The notes: generated by a model not told the origin, from the letters alone. A DNA stretch of 45,983 nucleotides from an uncultured Eubacteriales bacterium (GCA_900318155.1 ONJN01000082.1:1-45983); one strand, 5' to 3'. Positions 20,028 through 30,814 are shown, counted from the first letter of the stretch. Numbers and translations are program-made.

Positions 20028-21140
20028 TTATATGCCGCGTACACTGCTCCATACGTTGTTGATGGCTTCAAACATGCACTGTGGGTCAGTGATCGTATTG
20101 ATGACAGCTCGTTTTCTGGCGCCGCCCGGCACGCCATGCAGATACCAGCCGGCAATTTTCCGCATTTCCCGGACGGCAGCGTACTCACCCTTCAGCGCGA
20201 TCAGTTCATTGAACTGCCGCTTCATCATTTCTTTTTTATCATCTGTGCCCGGCCGCGGCGGTGCCTTCAAACCTTCCCAGCAATATCTGAGGTCTCTGAA
20301 AATCCATGGATTGCCGCGAACCGCCCGGCCGACCATGACAAAATCGCACCCGGATTCGGTCATCAGGCGGATGGCCGACGCCGGATCCACGACATCGCCG
20401 TTTCCAATAACCGGAATTTTTACGGCTTTTTTAACGTCGGCAATGACGCTCCAGTCGGCCTGTCCGGAATAAAACTGTTCCCGGGTGCGTCCGTGAACGG
20501 CGACGGCTGATGCGCCGCCGGATTCGACCGCCAGCGCGACTTCAACCGCGTTCCGGGAATTTTCGTCGAATCCGGCGCGGATCTTCGCAGTGACCGGCCG
20601 GTCGGAAGCGGTCACTGCGGCTCTGATGATCTGCTCCACGAGTTCCGGTTTCTTCATCAGAGCCGAGCCGTCGCCGTTCTTTACAATTTTCGGTACCGGA
20701 CATCCCATATTGATATCCAGGATCGCGTGGCCCCGGTCATTCAACTTCTCCGCGGCATACGCGATGATATCCGGTTCATGACCGAAAATCTGGATCGCTG
20801 TCGGTTTTTCCTCATCATAAGACCATAAAAGCCGATCCGTCTTTTTGTCTCCATAATAGAGGCCTTTGGCGCTGATCATTTCCGTGTACACCAACGACGC
20901 TCCCATCTGCCGGCAAATGCGGCGCATGGGAGCGTCTGAAATTCCTGCCATCGGAGCCAGGAAGAACGGGTTCTCTGGTTCCAGATCCCCGATTCTTCCG
21001 ATTCTGTTTTCACGGACGGTATCCGGTATTCCGCAGCCCGGTTCTCCGGTTTTCAAATCCGGTCCGGAATCAGAAGATTTCCGAATAACGTTTCCGTTCT
21101 GAATTCTGGTTTCTTTTTCCATGTTTCCGATTCTTTTCAT
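20028..21140 (-). CDS. dusB: tRNA-dihydrouridine synthase B
   Basis: LAPMAGISD, DINMGCPVPKI, VHGRTREQ, VIGNGD, GRAVRGNPW. Start uncertain (21140, 21122 or TTG 21056). Confidence 0.92.
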   Translation of the reverse strand: MKRIGNMEKETRIQNGNVIRKSSDSGPDLKTGEPGCGIPDTVRENRIGRIGDLEPENPFFLAPMAGISDAPMRRICRQMGASLVYTEMISAKGLYYGDKKTDRLLWSYDEEKPTAIQIFGHEPDIIAYAAEKLNDRGHAILDINMGCPVPKIVKNGDGSALMKKPELVEQIIRAAVTASDRPVTAKIRAGFDENSRNAVEVALAVESGGASAVAVHGRTREQFYSGQADWSVIADVKKAVKIPVIGNGDVVDPASAIRLMTESGCDFVMVGRAVRGNPWIFRDLRYCWEGLKAPPRPGTDDKKEMMKRQFNELIALKGEYAAVREMRKIAGWYLHGVPGGARKRAVINTITDPQCMFEAINNVWSSVRGI

Positions 21141-21906
21141 AAATAATATTCAGGCCTTCGATCGTCAGCATGCGGTCAACAATATCGATGCAGCTTACGC
21201 CACTGTCGATCAGCGTTGAAAGACCGCCGGTCGCGATGACTTTGATTTCTTTGTCAGTCTTTGTCATCTCTTTCAGCTCCTGCCGCATCCTCTCAACGAT
21301 GAATTCAACCATGCCCATGTGACCGTAAACCAGCCCGGACTGCATGCCTTCAATTGTATTTCTGCAGATCGTGTGCCCCGGGTCTTCCAGTTCAACTTTC
21401 GGGAGCTTGGATGTTTTTTCAAAAATAGCGTCTGACGAAATTTTAAGTCCCGGTGCGATCGTCCCCCCAAGATACTCTTCCTTATCTGAAACGGCGCAAA
21501 ATGTTGTCGCGGTTCCGAAATCGATGATAATCAACGGTCCGCCGTACTTGCTGAACGCGGCGACTGCGTTAACGATCCGGTCCGCTCCAACCTGTTTTGG
21601 ATTGTCATATTTAATGATCAGGCCGGTCTTGATTCCCGACTCAACAACGATCGCATCTTTTCCAAAATATTTCTGAGCCATGTGTCTGACTGTGTAAAGA
21701 ACGGAAGGTACAACGGTCGCGATGATCACGTCATCAATGTCTTCCATTTTCAGTCCTTCATACTTAAAAAGCTGTCTGACGATCATACCATATTCATCGG
21801 CGCTTTTATTCGAATCAGTTTCAATGCGCCAGTATGTCAGTAATTCCTTTCCCTTAAAAACGCCCAGGACTGTATTGCTGTTTCCAATATCAAAAGCTAA
21901 TAACAT
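21070..21906 (-). CDS. coaX: Type III pantothenate kinase
   Basis: DIGNSN, VGADRIVN, IDFGTATT, GGTIAPG, ATGG; start MLLAFD at 21906 after GAGGA. Confidence 0.96.
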   Translation of the reverse strand: MLLAFDIGNSNTVLGVFKGKELLTYWRIETDSNKSADEYGMIVRQLFKYEGLKMEDIDDVIIATVVPSVLYTVRHMAQKYFGKDAIVVESGIKTGLIIKYDNPKQVGADRIVNAVAAFSKYGGPLIIIDFGTATTFCAVSDKEEYLGGTIAPGLKISSDAIFEKTSKLPKVELEDPGHTICRNTIEGMQSGLVYGHMGMVEFIVERMRQELKEMTKTDKEIKVIATGGLSTLIDSGVSCIDIVDRMLTIEGLNIIYEKNRKHGKRNQNSERKRYSEIF

Positions 21907-21934
21907 ATTAAATTTCCTCATTTAGATCTGCAGG

Positions 21935-23521
21935 TTATTTTACAACTCTTTCAAGCCTCTTCAGGGCCAGCGCCATCGTCAGGCCCGGTATCACTCTGTT
22001 TCCTGTGATCTCTGCTCCAAGGACCTCATTGATCCTCTTCAGTCTGTACTGTACCGTATTCGTATGGATCCCCATGAATGTGCTCGTCTTGCTACTGTTC
22101 ATACCGGCATCCAGAACAAAAGTCTCAAGTGTGTCCAGAAGCTGCCGCGCTTTGTTCTCACCCATCTCCCGCTTAAACGGCTCAAGAAGATCCATGTACG
22201 TCTTCTTGAGGTAACCGCCCTGTACCTGAAGATTGATACAGTTGGACACCAGAGACAATTCATACTTTGTGAAGACCCGCTTATACGGGAAAACACTTTC
22301 AACAAAAGTCCATGTTTCTCCGATAAGCCGGAACGCATCCCCCGCACCTTCGATCCCGTTGATTCCGGTAGCGTGAAAAATTCGAACCGTTTTATTTCCT
22401 TCTTTCAATTTATCAAAAAGATGGATACAGGCCATCTTCTGTACAAATTTATCTTTCTCATCGGAATCTTTGTTTTTAATAATAACCGCATTTGTTTCCT
22501 CTGAATCGGAAACACGGATTACCTCAATGTTCTCACGCCGTTCATATTCGGATACGATCTGATTTCCTTCCGGATTTTCGATTCCCCTGGCGTAAAAGAC
22601 GCCGATAATATCCTCCGGATCCAGCCCGAGCTCATCCTTCAGAGAATAAGCGAGACTCTTGTTGTCCCTTGTCAGGGCTTTGATAAACTCCGCCTTCACG
22701 TCACGTTCCGGCGTGTACTTCCACATACCGATCGCAAGCTCAATGATCTCCGCAAGCTTGGAAATCTCACCCGTCGAATAACTGTCTTCATTATCGACAA
22801 TAAACAGGAAATACTTTTCACCGCTGACCGTAATCGGTCCCCAGTATGTCAGTACCCCGTTTACATCAATGAATGTATAGATTCCCGATTTCTTATCAAC
22901 GTCGCGCTCTTTGCCGAGCCGGATCGCGTCCGCGATGGTCGCTTTCTGTCTGGTCTCGATCGCCAGAATCGGATTGAAATCTCTGGACAAAAGGACAACC
23001 TGGAAATTATTACTCAACGCGGCTTCCTTCAGCGCCGACTGAAAATTACTGTGCTTTTCAAAATCAAGAAGATGATAAATCGTATTGTTAATCAACCCGT
23101 TTTTGAAATTATCCCCGTATCGAAGCTCATCCATGATGTCTTCAATGATGTTTTCATAAAGCGACGTATTTTCCCTGGGGAGTACGATCAGCGGAAGGCC
23201 GTATTCTTCCGCGGTTTTTACAACGGATTCTCCGATTGATGTAAGTCCGTTGCTCTGGCGAAAAACAACGATTGCCGATACGCCTGCCTTGGCAAGTCTT
23301 TTTACGATTTCCTCTCTTGCATGTTCATCATCACCAAGGCCGCTGAATGAAGTCAGCACCAGTTGTTCTTTAATGCCGTTCTCTTTTTCCGCTGTTTCAG
23401 GATCCTGCGCGTCCATTACCGAAACAGATCTTACCCTGTTCTCAATGTTGCGCCTTCCTGCAGCGAGTATACTGGGCGTCAGCGATTCCAGACTCAGGCA
23501 GTCTTTCACTGAAATTTTCAT
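21935..23521 (-). CDS. PucR/CdaR-family transcriptional regulator
   Basis: N-terminal PucR-like domain (LAAGRRNIENRVRSVSVMD..QLVLTS..GLPLIVLP) and C-terminal HTH (LLDTLETF..IHTNTVQYRLKRI). Confidence 0.85.
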   Translation of the reverse strand: MKISVKDCLSLESLTPSILAAGRRNIENRVRSVSVMDAQDPETAEKENGIKEQLVLTSFSGLGDDEHAREEIVKRLAKAGVSAIVVFRQSNGLTSIGESVVKTAEEYGLPLIVLPRENTSLYENIIEDIMDELRYGDNFKNGLINNTIYHLLDFEKHSNFQSALKEAALSNNFQVVLLSRDFNPILAIETRQKATIADAIRLGKERDVDKKSGIYTFIDVNGVLTYWGPITVSGEKYFLFIVDNEDSYSTGEISKLAEIIELAIGMWKYTPERDVKAEFIKALTRDNKSLAYSLKDELGLDPEDIIGVFYARGIENPEGNQIVSEYERRENIEVIRVSDSEETNAVIIKNKDSDEKDKFVQKMACIHLFDKLKEGNKTVRIFHATGINGIEGAGDAFRLIGETWTFVESVFPYKRVFTKYELSLVSNCINLQVQGGYLKKTYMDLLEPFKREMGENKARQLLDTLETFVLDAGMNSSKTSTFMGIHTNTVQYRLKRINEVLGAEITGNRVIPGLTMALALKRLERVVK

Positions 23522-23638
23522 CTTTACCACCTCTTCCGCAAAACCGCACCTGTACGACCGGATCGACCAGATACGAACCGGTGCTGTTTAGCCTGTTCAA
23601 TAATAGATCTTTATCGTCTCGCAGAAATGTGTAAAATT

Positions 23639-25840
23639 CTATACATCTTCATCCTGTCCCTCATTCTGACGGTCATCCTGAATATCGCCGGTTTCAATGT
23701 CATTTTCAGCCGCTTCTGTATCCGTATGTGCCGAAGAGTCCTGAAACGCTTCTGTTTCACCGGAACTGCCTGACTGCTCCTCTGCTTCCCGGCTCTCGGC
23801 CCGGCGTTCATTTTCTATTTCCTGCGGACTGATAAACTCATAATGCCTGTTGAACTCGTCATCAACAACCAAGAATACTTCCCGGTCATTCCGTTCCGCC
23901 ATCAGCTCGGCTTCACGCGCCGCGCGCTCTTCTTCCTCTCTGCGTATACGCTGTGATTCTTCAGCCTCTCTGGCATTTTCTTCACGGATCTGTTCTTCAT
24001 GCTCTCTGACCTGCTCTTCCAGCCCTTCCGCGTCGATTATTCCCGTGTAAAGATCTTCAAACTGTTTTCCGTCAATCGTTTCAACCAGCATCAGCGCCTG
24101 CGCGACGACTTCCAGTTTATCTTTGTTCTCCAGCAGAATCTTTTCTGTATCACGATAAGCGTTTTCAATAATGCTTCTGACTTCATTGTCGATCTCAGAC
24201 GCGATCCCCTCGGAATACGCCTTTGTTTTGGAGAAATCACGACCCAGGAACACGTCACCGGACTCACTGTAGCTGACAGGGCCCAGTTTGCTGCTGAAAC
24301 CGTACTTGGTAATCATGTTTCTCGCGATGTCAGTCGCACGCTCGATGTCGTTGCTGGCACCCGTACTGATATCGTCAAGCATGATCGCCTCGGAAACACG
24401 GCCGCCGAGAAGATGCATGATCTGATGCTCCATATCTTTCTTTGTCATGAAAGATTTATCTTCTGTCGGCAGGGCCATGGTGAATCCCCCTGCCGCTCCG
24501 CGCGGTATGATCGTAACCTGATGCACAGGATCCGATTCCGGAATGCTTCTCATCACGATCGCGTGTCCGGCTTCATGATATGCTGTAAGTCTCTTTTCTT
24601 TTTCACTTATAACACGGCTCTTCTTAGCCGGTCCCGCCATGACCTTTGTCGTGGCTTCTTCGATCTCGGTCATTCTGATCCAGCGTCCGTTTCTGCGCGC
24701 GGTGATTAAAGCAGCCTCGTTCAGCAGATTTTCCAGATCAGCCGGCGTAAATCCCGGCGTTCTTCTGGCAATGATCTGTGGTGAAACTTCATCGGACAGC
24801 GGTTTATTTTTTGAATGAACACGGATGATTTCTTCTCTTCCTTTGATATCCGGAATCCCGATAACGATCTGCCGGTCAAAACGTCCCGGTCTGAGTAGCG
24901 CCGGATCAAGTACGTCCGGCCGGTTTGTCGCTGCCAGGATGATGATTCCCGAATTCTCGGCAAATCCGTCCATTTCAACCAGAAGCTGGTTGAGTGTCTG
25001 TTCTCTCTCGTCATTGCCTCCGCCGAGACCCGCGCCTCTCTTCCGTCCTACCGCGTCGATCTCATCGATGAATACGATGCACGGCGCGCTTTTCTTTGCC
25101 TGATCAAACAGATCTCTGACTCTGGACGCTCCGACGCCGACAAACATCTCGACAAAGTCCGAACCGCTGATCGTAAAGAACGGTACACCGGCTTCGCCCG
25201 CAGTCGCTCTTGAGACGTAGGTCTTACCGGTGCCCGGCGGTCCGACGAGCAGAATTCCTTTCGGGATCCTGGCTCCCACATCATTATATTTCCTCGGGTC
25301 CCTGAGGAAGTCAACCACTTCCTCGAGTTCCTCCTTTTCTTCTTTCAATCCCGCAACATCCGCAAACGTGATCTTTTTGCCTTCACCGCGGTAAAGCCTT
25401 GCTTTGCTCTTCGCAAACTGAAATGCCTTTCCGTTGCCGCCCTGGTTCATCATGACATAGAAAAGGAATCCGAGGGCGACGACCATAATGATTGTCGGCA
25501 GAAGTGAAACGATCACGGAACCATGATTCGGCGGATCCGTCTTGAATGTCAGTTTCCCTTCATCAACCTGTTTGGCAATGTATTTTTCCTCGACCCACTG
25601 TATTTCAACCAGACTCGGCATATAACAGTAAACTGATTTTTCCTTGCTCAGCTTTCCCGTCATTTTGGTATCGGTAACATTAATCTCCTGAACTTTACCA
25701 CGCTTCAGATAATCGATCATTGTCGACATATCGACGCGTTTATTCGTCGATCCCGAACCGCCCTTCGCGGAAACGGCAATTCCGAGAACGATTGCAAATA
25801 TCACCAGATACACGATAATATTTTTCGCAAATTTTTTCAA
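23639..25840 (-). CDS. ftsH: ATP-dependent zinc metalloprotease FtsH
   Basis: Two TM helices, [35 protein letters not shown]; TTG start with AGGAGGAG; long acidic tail. Confidence 0.98.
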   Translation of the reverse strand: MKKFAKNIIVYLVIFAIVLGIAVSAKGGSGSTNKRVDMSTMIDYLKRGKVQEINVTDTKMTGKLSKEKSVYCYMPSLVEIQWVEEKYIAKQVDEGKLTFKTDPPNHGSVIVSLLPTIIMVVALGFLFYVMMNQGGNGKAFQFAKSKARLYRGEGKKITFADVAGLKEEKEELEEVVDFLRDPRKYNDVGARIPKGILLVGPPGTGKTYVSRATAGEAGVPFFTISGSDFVEMFVGVGASRVRDLFDQAKKSAPCIVFIDEIDAVGRKRGAGLGGGNDEREQTLNQLLVEMDGFAENSGIIILAATNRPDVLDPALLRPGRFDRQIVIGIPDIKGREEIIRVHSKNKPLSDEVSPQIIARRTPGFTPADLENLLNEAALITARRNGRWIRMTEIEEATTKVMAGPAKKSRVISEKEKRLTAYHEAGHAIVMRSIPESDPVHQVTIIPRGAAGGFTMALPTEDKSFMTKKDMEHQIMHLLGGRVSEAIMLDDISTGASNDIERATDIARNMITKYGFSSKLGPVSYSESGDVFLGRDFSKTKAYSEGIASEIDNEVRSIIENAYRDTEKILLENKDKLEVVAQALMLVETIDGKQFEDLYTGIIDAEGLEEQVREHEEQIREENAREAEESQRIRREEEERAAREAELMAERNDREVFLVVDDEFNRHYEFISPQEIENERRAESREAEEQSGSSGETEAFQDSSAHTDTEAAENDIETGDIQDDRQNEGQDEDV

Positions 25841-25951
25841 TTTCCCGCTCCTCCTGAGTTCTGTATCCGTTTATCACCGGACATTCAGGCTTCCGACCGA
25901 CAAACGAATCATAAATTTGTATTCAGAACACAAATTTGCCTATTAATTCTA

Positions 25952-27421
25952 TCACAGGCTTTGCACATATTCAATAATCAACAATACTTTTGTCTTACTT
26001 TTAACAATTGCTGTAGTTGAATATCTTGCTTTCAGCCCGGATTCCTCATGAGCCGGGATAAAAAGGACCTCTTTGCCGATTGCGGCAAAGGGGATCCGTT
26101 CCCGCATATCTTTAGGAACCTTTTGATCGACAAAAAGATTCTGGATCTTTTTACGACCTCCTTTTATCGAAATAAAATCGCCTGCACGCCGGAACCGTCC
26201 GCAAATTCTTCCTGCAAAATCCGCCCCGAAATGCTCCGCCATTTCATCAGCATCAAAAACTGCTGCCTGTTTTCCTGAATGATCCGTGCCGAAGCGGTCT
26301 GCCTCCGATACTTCCTGAACGTCCGATCCGTTTTGTTCCCTGCTGACGATCTTCACACCGAAGCCGGACGACGGGGATAATTCTCCGTCGTCGCCCTGTT
26401 CGGGCGCTTCCAGTCTGACATCCTCGTAAACTTTCACAGCACGGTATCCATGCGGCAGATCGATCCGTGCCGACGGCGAATGAAAAAACAGCAACTCGTC
26501 AGCAGCCTCCAGACTCCGGTATGTGAAATCCTCCGTCATCCCGAGCTCCTTCAGCGCTTTCTTCAGAACTCTCGTCCGTACCGCCTTATGGAACTTACCC
26601 AACTCACGGCAATCTAACAGGACAAAGCCTTCACCGGTCTCCTTGCGGACATTTTCCAGAACATCCGCAGACATTTTGTCAAAAAAATCTGCGTCGGTCC
26701 ACGCGATTTCACCCATACGAATCAATGCCTGACGAATTCTGGGGTTGTACTGTTCAAGATACGGAATCAATTCCAGCCGGATCCGGTTCCGGGAATAGAG
26801 CGGCTCGTCATTTGTCCGGTCAATCCTCGGTTCGAGCCTGTTCAGCCGGCAGTATTCCAGGATTTCTGCCTTTGTGCAGTCCAGAAGCGGCCGGATGATC
26901 AGGTATCCGCCGGCGCCGCGCCTTTTATAGCTCATTCCCGCGAGGCCATCGGTTCCCGTACCGCGCAAAATCCTGAAAAGAATCGTTTCCGCCTGATCAT
27001 CCGCGTGATGGGCAACCGCGATCCGGATCTGTTCCGCCGGCACGCCCTTCTCCCGCAGCCGTTCCGCAGCTTCCGTGAAAGCCTGATAACGCCGGCGCCG
27101 CCCCGCCTCTTCCTTGCTGATTCTCAGCCTTTCCGCCTCGCCTGCGCAGTCAAAGGAAACTACATCCAGTTCCCACCCGTATTCCGCGCAAAGCGCTTTG
27201 ACGTATGCCTGATCCTCCTCCGCGTCCCCCGGGCGCAGTCGGTGATTCACATGAACCGCATGGAGAACCAGCGACCGATCCTCCGCGATGCTGTTTAGAA
27301 AATGAAACAGGCATACGGAATCCGGCCCTCCGGAAAGGCCGATCACAATGTGCCGGACACCTTCCAGCAGTTCCTGTTTGTATGCAGTATTAAGGATTTT
27401 ATCTTTTAATTCAGCCGTCAT
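25952..27421 (-). CDS. tilS: tRNA(Ile)-lysidine synthetase
   Basis: PP-loop LSGGPDS, HVNH, AHHADDQAET, IRPLL, RNRIR. Probable start MTAELK at 27421. Confidence 0.95.
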   Translation of the reverse strand: MTAELKDKILNTAYKQELLEGVRHIVIGLSGGPDSVCLFHFLNSIAEDRSLVLHAVHVNHRLRPGDAEEDQAYVKALCAEYGWELDVVSFDCAGEAERLRISKEEAGRRRRYQAFTEAAERLREKGVPAEQIRIAVAHHADDQAETILFRILRGTGTDGLAGMSYKRRGAGGYLIIRPLLDCTKAEILEYCRLNRLEPRIDRTNDEPLYSRNRIRLELIPYLEQYNPRIRQALIRMGEIAWTDADFFDKMSADVLENVRKETGEGFVLLDCRELGKFHKAVRTRVLKKALKELGMTEDFTYRSLEAADELLFFHSPSARIDLPHGYRAVKVYEDVRLEAPEQGDDGELSPSSGFGVKIVSREQNGSDVQEVSEADRFGTDHSGKQAAVFDADEMAEHFGADFAGRICGRFRRAGDFISIKGGRKKIQNLFVDQKVPKDMRERIPFAAIGKEVLFIPAHEESGLKARYSTTAIVKSKTKVLLIIEYVQSL

Positions 27422-27483
27422 CTTCTTCCTTACCCCACACTGCACCGGTCCGCTTAAGGTCTCCACGGCCCGGCAAAAATGAA

Positions 27484-28368
27484 CTATTTTATATTATAGA
27501 AATGTTTCGCATTGGCGCAGGTAATCGCCGCCGCCTCTTCGTAACTGATTCCTTTCAGCTCGGCGACCTTTGCCGCCACAAATTCCACGTACGGAGAAAT
27601 ATTCGGCTTTCCTCTGTGCGGGACCGGCGTCAGATACGGCGCGTCGGTTTCCACGGTCAGAAATTCGATCGGGATATTCTTCACGACTTCCTGCGTTTTA
27701 CGATTATTCTTATAGGTGACCGGACCGCAGATTGAAATTGTCGCGCCCAGTTTTACATACTGTTTTGCCATCTCCACACTTTGAGAAAAGCAGTGCAGCA
27801 GCACGCGGCTGTCCGGCAGAAGCTCGCCGTCCGGCCCTTTTCGCGGTTCGAACCAGGACTGACGTTCCCGGCTGAACGCGCCTTCTTCCTTCAGAATGTC
27901 CATCGTCTCCTGATCAGCTTCGCGCGAATGAATCACGATCGGCATTTTCAGATCGTTTGCCATCCGGATCTGCTCACGGAACCAGCGGCGCTGGACGTCT
28001 CTTTCCGATAAATCGTAATAATAATCCAGGCCGATTTCGCCAATCGCAACAACTTTGTCTGAAGATGCCAGTTCTCTGATTTTGTCCAGGTATTCCGGAT
28101 GTTCTTCCAGTTCTCTTGAATCGTGCGGGTGGTAACCGACGGCAGCGTAACACCAGTCATACGCCGCCGCGTTTTCGATCGACTGGATCGTGCTGCTGAG
28201 GTTGCTGGCCGGGTCGACCGCGTATTTAACGGCCGAGTTCGTAACTTTGTCCGCAACTTCAGCCCGCTGCTCCGCCGTATAGTTTTCTGAATTTATATGT
28301 GTATGCGCGTCAAACAACACCACTTCCTGCGTTTTGTCTGTTTCATTCTTTACCATAGTTCTCTCCAT
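27484..28368 (-). CDS. tatD: TatD-family nuclease
   Basis: DAHTH, GYHPH, AIGEIGLD, IHSR, HCF, ETDAPY; follows metG as in other Firmicutes. Confidence 0.93.
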   Translation of the reverse strand: MERTMVKNETDKTQEVVLFDAHTHINSENYTAEQRAEVADKVTNSAVKYAVDPASNLSSTIQSIENAAAYDWCYAAVGYHPHDSRELEEHPEYLDKIRELASSDKVVAIGEIGLDYYYDLSERDVQRRWFREQIRMANDLKMPIVIHSREADQETMDILKEEGAFSRERQSWFEPRKGPDGELLPDSRVLLHCFSQSVEMAKQYVKLGATISICGPVTYKNNRKTQEVVKNIPIEFLTVETDAPYLTPVPHRGKPNISPYVEFVAAKVAELKGISYEEAAAITCANAKHFYNIK

Positions 28369-28577
28369 ATTATCTAAGCTCCCAGTATAACAGGTGCCTG
28401 GGACTTTCCGTTTTTCTCTGCGGGCACCTGCCTCAGACCCGGCGCGTGAAAATGCCTGGTCGGGTCATCGCCCTGAAATAAAAATTATCAGCCTGCCTCT
28501 GTACTGAATGTTCAGAAAGCAAGCTGATTTTCCTGCATGATTTATTACGGGTCATTCCCGGCGCCGATCCATTCTGA

Positions 28578-30527
28578 TCAGTTGACTGTACTGCCGTCCG
28601 CCGCGTCCGTCGTCACGACCTTCAGCGCCTTGCCATCCCTGGCAAACAGCAGCATGCCGTTCGATTCTTCACCGCGCAGCTGCCGAGGTTTCAGGTTTGC
28701 CACAAGAATAACCTTTTTTCCGAGCATCTCTTCCGGTTTGTAATGCCCGGCCACGCCGGATATGACCTGACGTTCTTCTGTACCGACGCGCACCTTGAAA
28801 ATCAACAGATTATCCGCATTCGGATGTTTCTCTGCCTTCATGATCGTACCGACCCGAAGATCGATCTTATCAAAATCTTCAAACGCGATCTCCGGTTTCA
28901 GTTCTACGTTTACGGCTTCCTTATCGGCTTTTTTCTTTGCTTCTGCCATCTGCGCCTGTTTGGCAGCCTCCAGCTCGGCCAGCTCTTTTTCAATATCGAG
29001 CCTCGGGAACAGCGGTCTGCCCTTTGTTACGTGAGGTGCACCGGTCTTGCCGAACTCAAAAGCATCTTCCCATACGATTGGTTCGTCAGAAATTCCCAGC
29101 TGTTTGCGCATTTCTTCAGACGTCGTGTGCATGAACGGCTGAATCAGGATCGAGATGATTCTCAGTGCATCCGTCAGGTTGTAGAGACAGGTATTGAGTT
29201 CCGCCTTTCTGGCTTCGTCCTTTGCGAGAACCCACGGCATTTTCTCATCGATGTATTTATTTGCGCGGCGAACAAGTACCCAGACAGCTTCCAGCGCAAG
29301 ATTGAACCGGAACTCGTTCATGTGTTCCGCGAGAGTTGGTGCCGCGTTCACAGCCACTTCTTTCAGACTGCGGTCGATGTCGTCTTCCGTTAAGGCCTGA
29401 GGAACGTCTCCGCCGCAATACTTTTCGATCATGGCGACCGTTCTGGAAACGAGATTTCCGAGGTCATTTGCCAGATCAAAATTCAGTCTTTTGATCATGA
29501 CTTCATTGGTAAATACGCCGTCCTGACCAAAGGTATATTCTCTCAGAAGGAAGTATTTCAACGCGTCGATTCCGTAACGATCGATCAGGAATACCGGATC
29601 GACTACGTTTCCTTTGGACTTGCTCATTTTGCCGCCGTCGATCAGAAGCCATCCGTGCCCCATGACATGCTGAGGCATCGGCAGATCCAGTGACATCAGA
29701 ATTCCCGGCCAGATAATGGAATGGAAACGGACGATTTCCTTTCCGACGAGCTGCGTGTCAGCCGGCCAGAATTTGTCATAAAGCTCCGGATCATCCGGGT
29801 AACCAAGCGCCGTAATATAATTGACAAGCGCGTCAAGCCATACGTAGATAACGTTCGTATCATCGATCGGCACTTTAATGCCCCAGTCAAAAGTAGATCT
29901 TGAAATGCACAGATCCTCCAGACCTTGTTTGACAAATTCGATCATTTCATTTCTTCTTGTTTCAGGCTGCAGGAAGTCCGTATCCTGCAAAAGCGCGAGG
30001 ATCCGGTCCTGATATTTGGAAAGACGGAAGAAATACGCATGTTCGGAGGCCCATTCCACCGGACGACCGCAGTCCGGACAACAGCCGTTAACCAGCTGAC
30101 TCTCAGTCCAGTACGATTCGCACGGCGTACAGTACCAGCCTTCATATTTGCCTTCGTAAATGTCACCTTTGTCATTCATCTTGTTAAAGATCGCCTGAAC
30201 TCTCTTAACATGACGTTCCTGCGTAGTTCGGATGAAGTCATCATATGAGATTTCCATCGTTGCCCAGAGTTTCTGGATTCTGCCTACGACATCATCAACG
30301 TATTCCTGCGGGGTGACACCTTTTTCCTGTGCTTTCTGCATGATTTTCAGGCCATGCTCATCCGTTCCCGTGAGGAAATGGACGTCATACCCTTCCAGCC
30401 TCTTGAAACGAGCCATCGCGTCCGCCATAACTGTACAATAAGTATGACCGATGTGCAGATCCGAACTCGGATAATAGATCGGCGTCGTAATATAATAGGT
30501 TCCCTTCAATTGTTTTTCTTCTGCCAT
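28578..30527 (-). CDS. metG: Methionine--tRNA ligase
   Basis: ITTPIYYP, HIGH, GTDEHG, zinc knuckle CxxC..CxxC, KMSKS, C-terminal tRNA-binding domain. Confidence 0.98.
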   Translation of the reverse strand: MAEEKQLKGTYYITTPIYYPSSDLHIGHTYCTVMADAMARFKRLEGYDVHFLTGTDEHGLKIMQKAQEKGVTPQEYVDDVVGRIQKLWATMEISYDDFIRTTQERHVKRVQAIFNKMNDKGDIYEGKYEGWYCTPCESYWTESQLVNGCCPDCGRPVEWASEHAYFFRLSKYQDRILALLQDTDFLQPETRRNEMIEFVKQGLEDLCISRSTFDWGIKVPIDDTNVIYVWLDALVNYITALGYPDDPELYDKFWPADTQLVGKEIVRFHSIIWPGILMSLDLPMPQHVMGHGWLLIDGGKMSKSKGNVVDPVFLIDRYGIDALKYFLLREYTFGQDGVFTNEVMIKRLNFDLANDLGNLVSRTVAMIEKYCGGDVPQALTEDDIDRSLKEVAVNAAPTLAEHMNEFRFNLALEAVWVLVRRANKYIDEKMPWVLAKDEARKAELNTCLYNLTDALRIISILIQPFMHTTSEEMRKQLGISDEPIVWEDAFEFGKTGAPHVTKGRPLFPRLDIEKELAELEAAKQAQMAEAKKKADKEAVNVELKPEIAFEDFDKIDLRVGTIMKAEKHPNADNLLIFKVRVGTEERQVISGVAGHYKPEEMLGKKVILVANLKPRQLRGEESNGMLLFARDGKALKVVTTDAADGSTVN

Positions 30528-30607
30528 TATTTTCTTCCTTTCATCTCCCCGTCAAATGGGACGGGGCAGTGTGATTCTTCTGACCCGGAATTCCGGATCA
30601 TTCATAC

Positions 30608-30814
30608 TTAATCAAGATCTTCGTCGGCCCAGTCGTCGCTCGACCATTCTTCATCGGGCCACTCTTCATTGACAAAAAGATCCTTCATGATCTTATTCAT
30701 TCCGATCACCAGTGCGAATCCGGCCGCGAGACCGATCCCGATGATCGCGGCGGCTGCTTTCAGCGCGGTCGAGGTATTTGCCGGCTGCTCGCTCAGTTTG
30801 AATTTACTGCTCAT
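30608..30814 (-). CDS. Small membrane protein with acidic Trp-repeat tail (hypothetical)
   Basis: Strong RBS AAGGAGGT; one hydrophobic helix AAAAIIGIGLAAGFALVIG; fits between cmk-like gene and metG without overlap. Confidence 0.75.
   Translation of the reverse strand: MSSKFKLSEQPANTSTALKAAAAIIGIGLAAGFALVIGMNKIMKDLFVNEEWPDEEWSSDDWADEDLD

Noticed and set aside
30528-30607. T-box expected upstream of metG
   Set aside because: The gap is 80 bp and lacks the GGTGGTACCGCG-type T-box sequence; only simple hairpins are present.
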